DNA of 64,000 bases from a virus. The position numbers were made by a program, and so were the translations under genes. Shown piece after piece: positions 57,983 through 64,000 of this stretch; position 1 is the stretch's first letter, and the number at the start of each line of letters is the position of its first letter. Below the pieces are notes generated by a model that saw nothing but the letters and a program-made list of their open reading frames with translations, made no database searches and was not told the DNA's origin. The stretch lies in IMG/VR virus record IMGVR_UViG_3300031977_002889; one strand, given 5' to 3'.

Positions 57983-58138
57983 TTATTTGGGGGCTTCAGG
58001 TCTTATATTGCATTCGTTTTCGACGCATTCATCACACATACATTCATGATTACTTCTACATACTGGGCATATATCAGTATCACCATGACATGGATGATTG
58101 CATTCTCTACAAATATGTGTATCTTCTTCGTGTGCCAC
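57983..58138 (-). CDS. 51-aa Cys/His-rich metallothionein-like protein (not in ORF track)
   Basis: AGGAGA RBS, GTG start; MAHEEDTHICRECNHPCHGDTDICPVCRSNHECMCDECVENECNIRPEAPK. Confidence 0.65.
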   Translation of the reverse strand: MAHEEDTHICRECNHPCHGDTDICPVCRSNHECMCDECVENECNIRPEAPK

Positions 58139-58147
58139 TATTTTCTC

Positions 58148-59104
58148 CTATACATCTTGGGTATTTGTTGAAGGAAAGGCTCTACCACCTCCCCATATAA
58201 TTCTTACTGCACCGCCTTGACCAATAGAAGTACCACCATTTCCAAATCTTCCATAACTACCTCCACCATATGTACCACCAGTTACAGTATATGAACCAGA
58301 TCCACCATTTGTTCCACCAGAGCCTCCGCCTCCGCCTCCGCCCCAATCTCCATTTGTACTCGCACCAGCAGCACCACTTGCACCTTCGCCGTAAATACCA
58401 ACTCCACCACCTCCACCTGCTGTAAGGTTGCCATAGCCACCGCCACCGCCACCTCCACCAGATCCTGCTGTAGCTGGAGGAGTAGTATAAGAAGCTCCTT
58501 GACCACCATCGCCTGAATAGCCTCCAGCTCCACCTCCTCCTGATTCTAAACCACTAGCTCCAGTACCTCCTGCACCACCGTTACCTCCACCATCACCAAC
58601 GTAATTACCACCAGTATTTGATACACTAGTTCCACCACCACCTTTAACAGTAGCTGCGCTTATAAAATAACTATCACCTGCAGTTGTTCCAGCACTACCC
58701 CAACCAGATTGAGTTGTTCCAGCTCCAACGACTACAGTATATGACGATCCTGGTGACACAGGAATATTATTTTTCCAACCAAGGCCACCTCCGCCTCCTC
58801 CACGAAATCCTGATCCTGCACCAGCTGCACCTCCGCCTACGCATACAACACAAACTGAAGTTACACCAGCTGGAGCTGTCCAACTATATGTTCCAGGAGT
58901 TGTATATTCAGCTTGGCCTGCAATAGTGGTTCCATATTTTCCATCATCAGCACCTTCATACTCAGCAATATGATCTATATAATGAATACCTTGTGCGTTA
59001 CGCCTGGACATCTGGTCATATCGAGTAAAAGAAGTCCCAAGTCCTCCATGATCTAGTGATTTACCAGTTCCTAAATATCTTCCCCATTTTGAGTTTTTAC
59101 TCAT
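58148..59104 (-). CDS. glycine-rich (polyglycine II) adhesin-like virion protein
   Basis: YSWTAPAGVTSVCVVCVGGG, many GGGGG runs, GAVRIIW. Confidence 0.75.
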   Translation of the reverse strand: MSKNSKWGRYLGTGKSLDHGGLGTSFTRYDQMSRRNAQGIHYIDHIAEYEGADDGKYGTTIAGQAEYTTPGTYSWTAPAGVTSVCVVCVGGGAAGAGSGFRGGGGGGLGWKNNIPVSPGSSYTVVVGAGTTQSGWGSAGTTAGDSYFISAATVKGGGGTSVSNTGGNYVGDGGGNGGAGGTGASGLESGGGGAGGYSGDGGQGASYTTPPATAGSGGGGGGGGYGNLTAGGGGGVGIYGEGASGAAGASTNGDWGGGGGGGSGGTNGGSGSYTVTGGTYGGGSYGRFGNGGTSIGQGGAVRIIWGGGRAFPSTNTQDV

Positions 59105-59124
59105 ATATTATTTTCTCCTAATAA

Positions 59125-60315
59125 TTAAGCTGCTGGAAAAGCCACTAAGCCTTGCCCACCAATTCCAACAGATCCTGGTTTATTAGCAGTAAGTCTATTT
59201 GTGTTATAACTATAAGTAGTATTTTTGGTAGCTGAAGGATTTATATAGGATCCACCTCCTCCGCCATTTCCTCCGCATCCGTTTGCATAACCGGCTGACA
59301 TTCCTCCAGTGTAGCCTCCGCCACCACCGCCATAACCACAATTATAACCACCTCCGCCGCCGCCTCCCCAGCCGCCGCGTGTTCCAGTATTATTTTGGTT
59401 TAATCCACCTGTTCCACCTTGTTGCCATCCTCCACCAGCAGTACCTCCAGTACGAACAGAACTACCTCCTCCATTACTAAAGAAACCTCCACCATGCCAT
59501 CCAGCAAAACGGTGAAGAACACTACCTCCAGCTTGTGTATAATTAGATCCAGTATTCAAAGCTACACCTTGTCCAACATTTGTTGCTAAATTCTCTGCAT
59601 AACTTGCTGCGCCACCTGCACCAGTAACAGCTCCTCCTCCAATATGACCTCTTTCTCCATCATTAGCTTTTGCATAGTCTGGAACATCACCGTTGACGCT
59701 GTTATAGCCTCGATTATCTCCTCCTCCACCACCACCTACACAAATAGGTATTGCACTTGCTGGGCTATCTGTGGTATTTGTAGTATAAGCAATGACTGAC
59801 ATACCACCTCCACCAGCACCTTCGTTGTCTCCTGTTGGTTCACCAACTTGTCCAGCAGTTAACCAAATTCTCCATCCCGCGTTTAATGTCATTGATCCAG
59901 CCATTTGATAGCCTTCACCCCATGAGTTATTACTAGCATAAGTACCGGCAGTTAAATCACAACCATCAGCACCTCTAGCCCAAAAGTCATAAATAGCAGT
60001 ATTTACAAGATCGATGTAATAATAACCATTATATGTTGCATTAATACTACCATAATTCAAAATAGTTGTTCCAGAAACATTAGTAATTGTAGTATCATTA
60101 CTCCAAGTCCCACCTGCACTGCCGGCAATAATTGATACATTTAATGCACTAACATCAATCCATCCAGCTCCAGCATTAAAACCTTCTCTATTCGTGGGGG
60201 AACCACTAAAACCATCACAAACCCCTTGAAGATCCCAAACCCCAACATGGTTTGTAGGATCATAATAAGCCCAAGTTTTTCCTAGTACCCCACCGTTTTG
60301 AGACTTTCTTCCCAT
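59125..60315 (-). CDS. glycine-rich adhesin-like virion protein
   Basis: GA.G, GQ.G, GGGGG runs, GGGGSY. Confidence 0.72.
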   Translation of the reverse strand: MGRKSQNGGVLGKTWAYYDPTNHVGVWDLQGVCDGFSGSPTNREGFNAGAGWIDVSALNVSIIAGSAGGTWSNDTTITNVSGTTILNYGSINATYNGYYYIDLVNTAIYDFWARGADGCDLTAGTYASNNSWGEGYQMAGSMTLNAGWRIWLTAGQVGEPTGDNEGAGGGGMSVIAYTTNTTDSPASAIPICVGGGGGGDNRGYNSVNGDVPDYAKANDGERGHIGGGAVTGAGGAASYAENLATNVGQGVALNTGSNYTQAGGSVLHRFAGWHGGGFFSNGGGSSVRTGGTAGGGWQQGGTGGLNQNNTGTRGGWGGGGGGGYNCGYGGGGGGYTGGMSAGYANGCGGNGGGGGSYINPSATKNTTYSYNTNRLTANKPGSVGIGGQGLVAFPAA

Positions 60316-60323
60316 TTTAACAC

Positions 60324-60686
60324 CTAGTCGATAATTGCTTCATATGAAATTACAATTTCTGCATCACTTGCTGTAGTAGCTGAAGCCCTAATTGAATCAC
60401 CTTCTTCTAAATATACCGCTTGATCTTTTGATAATACAATTAAGGTTGTTTTAGCAATTAAATCTATATCATATGCTAAATATCTATTAGTTCCACCATC
60501 ATTAAATGCTACACGCACAGTTGTATCATTCGTTCCATCAACATTAGAAATCATAATTGTATTTACTTTATAAACATAATTAGAACTTGCTGCATTAGTT
60601 AAAAACGAATTAAGACTGGTTGTAACGGCACCAGTAACAGTTCTACCATATATTTGTGCAACATTCACTATATTCGGTGCTGCCAT
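60324..60686 (-). CDS. small beta-sandwich tail-fibre-associated protein
   Basis: APNIVNV...YLEEGDSI...ISYE. Confidence 0.7.
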   Translation of the reverse strand: MAAPNIVNVAQIYGRTVTGAVTTSLNSFLTNAASSNYVYKVNTIMISNVDGTNDTTVRVAFNDGGTNRYLAYDIDLIAKTTLIVLSKDQAVYLEEGDSIRASATTASDAEIVISYEAIID

Positions 60687-60711
60687 TTTTTCCTCCTAAA
60701 ATATTATCTAT

Positions 60712-61086
60712 CTATTGTCTCAAAGTTTGATAGCTAAAAACTACTTCTGCATTACTGCCTTGTTCCATAATAACTCTAATTTCATCGCCATATTGAAAAT
60801 AAAGACCAATATTTTCATGAATAACAATTAAAGCTGTTGTCCATGGAACCCAGACTTTATACATTATATAGCGTGCAGTTCCCCCATTTGGTCTAAATTG
60901 TACACTCATTTCATTATCAGTGCTATTAGCACTTTGATTTGAAATAGTTAAATTTTTCAATATCCAAGTTTCATTTCCAGATAAAACATTATGTGTAATT
61001 CCAGCGGTACCACCTGTTGATGAAATGGTATTAGTAACCATTTGTAATCGAACAGTTGAAAGTGATTCTAAGTTTGCTTCTGCCAT
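60712..61086 (-). CDS. small beta-sandwich tail-fibre-associated protein (paralog of the previous gene)
   Basis: LYFQYGDEI...FSY aligns with the previous gene. Confidence 0.65.
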   Translation of the reverse strand: MAEANLESLSTVRLQMVTNTISSTGGTAGITHNVLSGNETWILKNLTISNQSANSTDNEMSVQFRPNGGTARYIMYKVWVPWTTALIVIHENIGLYFQYGDEIRVIMEQGSNAEVVFSYQTLRQ

Positions 61087-61089
61087 AAT

Positions 61090-62643
61090 TTATCCAAATA
61101 TCATTGCCATTGCAATTGCAACACCAGTGCCCCCACCTGCTAAACCTTGAGATCCAGTATAACCGAGATCACCTTTAGCTCCTTGAGAACCAGTATAACC
61201 TTGTGATCCAGTGTAACCAATCGCACCTCGAGATCCTGTAAATCCTGTAGCTCCTCGAGAACCAGTATAACCAATGACACCTTGAGATCCAGTATAACCG
61301 AGATCACCTTTAGCTCCTTGAGAACCAGTATAACCTTGAGAACCAGTATAACCTTGAGCTCCTCGAGAACCAGTATAACCTTGAGCTCCTTGAGAACCAG
61401 TATAACCTTGAGCTCCTCGTGATCCCGTATAACCAATGACACCTTGAGATCCAGTATAACCTTGAGATCCAGTGTAACCTTGATCTCCACGAGATCCTAC
61501 AAATCCAGTTGAACCTCGAGATCCAGTATAACCTATACCTTGTGAACCTGTATAGCCAACGAATTGACCAACGTTAGTCCAAGCAGAACCATCCCAAATA
61601 TACAAATTAGAATCGGCTTGTACAACATAACCATCACCAGCGGTATTACCACTTGCTGGCAAGTTTCCAACTGTTGCAACAGTACCTTGGATATTCAATG
61701 AAGTACCATCAGCTCCTCGAGATCCAGTGTAACCAATTACACCTCGAGATCCTGTAAATCCTGTAGCTCCTCGAGATCCAGTGTAACCAATCACACCTCG
61801 AGAACCAGTATAGCCAATTACACCTCGAGATCCAGTATAACCGAGATCACCTTTAGCTCCTTGAGAACCAGTATAACCTTGTGATCCCGTATAACCGATA
61901 ACACCCTGTGAACCGGTGTAACCAATCACACCTTGAGATCCAGTATAACCTTGAGCTCCACGAGATCCCGTATAACCAATGGCCCCTCGAGAACCAGTAT
62001 AACCGATAGCACCTTGAGCAGCTGGCACAAAAGTAATTAAAATTTGATCATTATCACTTAATGTTATAGAACCACCAGCAGAAGATATAGTTGCTGTAAC
62101 AACACCACTTGCTAAAGAAAATACTGATTCAACCCTAAATACTTGGGTTGTTCCATCAGAAACATCGGCTGGTCTTATTTGCAAATAACCAATAAAATTA
62201 TTTACAGCATCACCAAAGTTATCTAGTGTAGTAAAATAATCTGTGAGATTATTTGCATTTGCATCAGTAACATTAATACCAATTTGAGTAGCAGAACCAA
62301 TAGCAGCGTTATTAAATCTTATTTCACCTGTAAGTGCTCCACCCACAGTAGTGCCAGTATCATAAGCATATAAAATACCTTGAGATTGTGAAGAACCACC
62401 GTAACCAACAGATCCAGTAAAACCAACTGATCCAGTAAAACCTTGAGATCCAACAAAACCAAGGGATCCTCTTGATCCTGTAAATCCAGCACCTTTAGAT
62501 CCAGTAAAACCTTGCGAACCAGTATATCCTAAATTTGGTTCAACAGTCCAAGAAGTAGAATTACTATCATATAGATAGTCAATACCATTTGCTGAATAAG
62601 TATCGTTGTGCGATGGATTTATTGGAAAGTTAAGTATAGCCAT
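61090..62643 (-). CDS. collagen-like tail fibre with GYTGS(Q/R)G repeats
   Basis: Long Gly-X-Y runs; C-terminal AIAMAMIFG. Confidence 0.85.
   Translation of the reverse strand: MAILNFPINPSHNDTYSANGIDYLYDSNSTSWTVEPNLGYTGSQGFTGSKGAGFTGSRGSLGFVGSQGFTGSVGFTGSVGYGGSSQSQGILYAYDTGTTVGGALTGEIRFNNAAIGSATQIGINVTDANANNLTDYFTTLDNFGDAVNNFIGYLQIRPADVSDGTTQVFRVESVFSLASGVVTATISSAGGSITLSDNDQILITFVPAAQGAIGYTGSRGAIGYTGSRGAQGYTGSQGVIGYTGSQGVIGYTGSQGYTGSQGAKGDLGYTGSRGVIGYTGSRGVIGYTGSRGATGFTGSRGVIGYTGSRGADGTSLNIQGTVATVGNLPASGNTAGDGYVVQADSNLYIWDGSAWTNVGQFVGYTGSQGIGYTGSRGSTGFVGSRGDQGYTGSQGYTGSQGVIGYTGSRGAQGYTGSQGAQGYTGSRGAQGYTGSQGYTGSQGAKGDLGYTGSQGVIGYTGSRGATGFTGSRGAIGYTGSQGYTGSQGAKGDLGYTGSQGLAGGGTGVAIAMAMIFG
61145..62010. 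repeat. 18/27-bp coding tandem repeats (GYTGSxG units), two blocks
   Basis: Repeated GA(A/T)CCAGTATAACC cores at about 61145-61560 and 61713-62010. Confidence 0.9.
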
Positions 62644-62646
62644 ATC

Positions 62647-64000
62647 TTATGCACTCTTCGCTAAAATGTTTCTTTCGGGGTCAAATTCAACAAATACTCC
62701 TGACACAGCTTTATCCCACGTAGCTTCAGAAAATCCTGTAATTAGGAATGAAGTTCCGTTATTATCTATGCTGTATGAGAAATCAGCAGATCCTGAACCA
62801 ATTTGATATTTACTCCATCCTGCATAATTACCAAAACCATCGCTATCAAAATCAAATATAGCGAGACCCATATCTTTCAATCCATATGTAATTGAATTAT
62901 CAGCAAATGTTCCAGCAGTATTACAAACAACAGCGATCCTTCCATCTGATAAAAGTGTACTTGGTTTTCCGTTTTGATCAATTTCTTCTGAAGTTTCTGA
63001 ACCGACTTGGAATCCTTGACTCCAACTATCAGTATCGTAATTAAATGTAATTACGCCAATATCTTCAGATCCAAACGTTGGTGAACCATTTACAGAACCA
63101 AATGATGTATAAACTAATGCCAATGTGTTAGGAATTTTTGGATGTAAATCATGAACATTCATTGCTTTATCATTAAAACCAGATCCTTGGTTATAATATT
63201 CAGCAACCCAAGCATTTGGATCAAAAATACCAAGGAATAAATCATAACCACCAAATAATGGAGTATCTGAGTCAGGTGAACCAATATCAGTACCTAATTG
63301 TCCAGTTGTTCTACCGCAGAATGCGATATGACCATTTTTAGAACCACCAGTACCAGCTGCAGTCTGAATATAGAATGGATGACCTGGAGCTTGAATGTTA
63401 AATCTTACAGTATCACCAGTGTCGATTGTAATTGTAGGATTATCTGCTGTTGAATTAATTGTACCATTTCTATCTGATCCACTAAATCTAAATGCAAGAG
63501 ATGCATTATTCGTTACAGTGATATTGAATGTTTGTGGTGAAGCATGTACATCAGTTACAATAAGTTGACCTTGCATCGCAGTATGAAGTCCACACTGGTA
63601 GTAATAAGTACCAGCAGTTGATGGTGTCCATTCTACTGTTCCATCTTGACGACCTTGGCCAGCAGCTTCAGGATTAGTGACAAGAAGAGCTGTACCAGTT
63701 AATTCGGTAATCGCATAGATCTCTTCATCTTGTGCTGTACCATTTTGCCAGAACCTAAATTGTTCAGAGGCAATATCCCATTGGAATAATGTATAGTCAT
63801 AAACACCAGATTGACCATCATTAGTTCTTGCAATATTACCAGACACTTGACCACCAAGATAATAGTATTCTTGATCTCTTGATTTAATTACGTCATAAGC
63901 AAATACGTTTCCATCATCGGCAGTAGCATCACCCACTGTAGATACTTGGTGTATTTCAAAGAAATCATCTGGAACCCTATGTACAATTTTCCCCGCTTGT
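62647..64000 (-). CDS. large virion protein (5'-truncated by the window): beta-propeller repeats with inserted cupredoxin-like domain
   Basis: Frame appears open to the window edge; SBBP-like repeats; YYYQCGLHTAM and GHPFYI motifs. Confidence 0.7.
   Translation of the reverse strand, partial: QAGKIVHRVPDDFFEIHQVSTVGDATADDGNVFAYDVIKSRDQEYYYLGGQVSGNIARTNDGQSGVYDYTLFQWDIASEQFRFWQNGTAQDEEIYAITELTGTALLVTNPEAAGQGRQDGTVEWTPSTAGTYYYQCGLHTAMQGQLIVTDVHASPQTFNITVTNNASLAFRFSGSDRNGTINSTADNPTITIDTGDTVRFNIQAPGHPFYIQTAAGTGGSKNGHIAFCGRTTGQLGTDIGSPDSDTPLFGGYDLFLGIFDPNAWVAEYYNQGSGFNDKAMNVHDLHPKIPNTLALVYTSFGSVNGSPTFGSEDIGVITFNYDTDSWSQGFQVGSETSEEIDQNGKPSTLLSDGRIAVVCNTAGTFADNSITYGLKDMGLAIFDFDSDGFGNYAGWSKYQIGSGSADFSYSIDNNGTSFLITGFSEATWDKAVSGVFVEFDPERNILAKSA

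Noticed and set aside
61145-62010. Regularly spaced short repeats resembling a CRISPR array
   Set aside because: In-frame coding repeats with synonymous variation and no unique spacers; no cas genes
1-64000. Alternative genetic code, DGR/reverse transcriptase, integrase or transposase
   Set aside because: Core genes translate full-length in code 11, and no RT, recombinase or transposase motifs were seen

Overview
64 kb of a large, AT-rich T4-like (myovirus) phage genome, almost all on the minus strand. The host is probably a marine alphaproteobacterium, judging from a permuted two-piece tmRNA, a DUF1127 protein, a SleB-type hydrolase and a ROSE-like hsp20 leader. From right to left it holds: tail fibre/adhesin genes and a 1111-aa multi-glycosyltransferase; the virion core (gp13-gp23, gp3); uvsY/uvsW, gp55, gp47/46, gp45/44/62, regA, hsp20, an endolysin and gp43; a nucleotide/DNA-modification and sugar-nucleotide block (about 15.8-27 kb); uvsX, kdsA/kdsB, gp41 and thyX; a compact permuted tmRNA; and a cluster of dioxygenase, desaturase, SET and PLP genes (0-6.2 kb). 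The best candidate for a new system is the DNA-modification locus. It couples a T4 gp42-type dCMP hydroxymethylase (cytosine-specifying Asp retained) to two aGPT-PPlase-superfamily proteins (5-hmdU kinase / amino acid:DNA transferase-like), a PLP enzyme and a beta-glucosyltransferase-N/SGNH-like chimera. This looks like thymidine-hypermodification machinery redirected to cytosine. All family assignments are from motif recognition by eye; no database searches were run.
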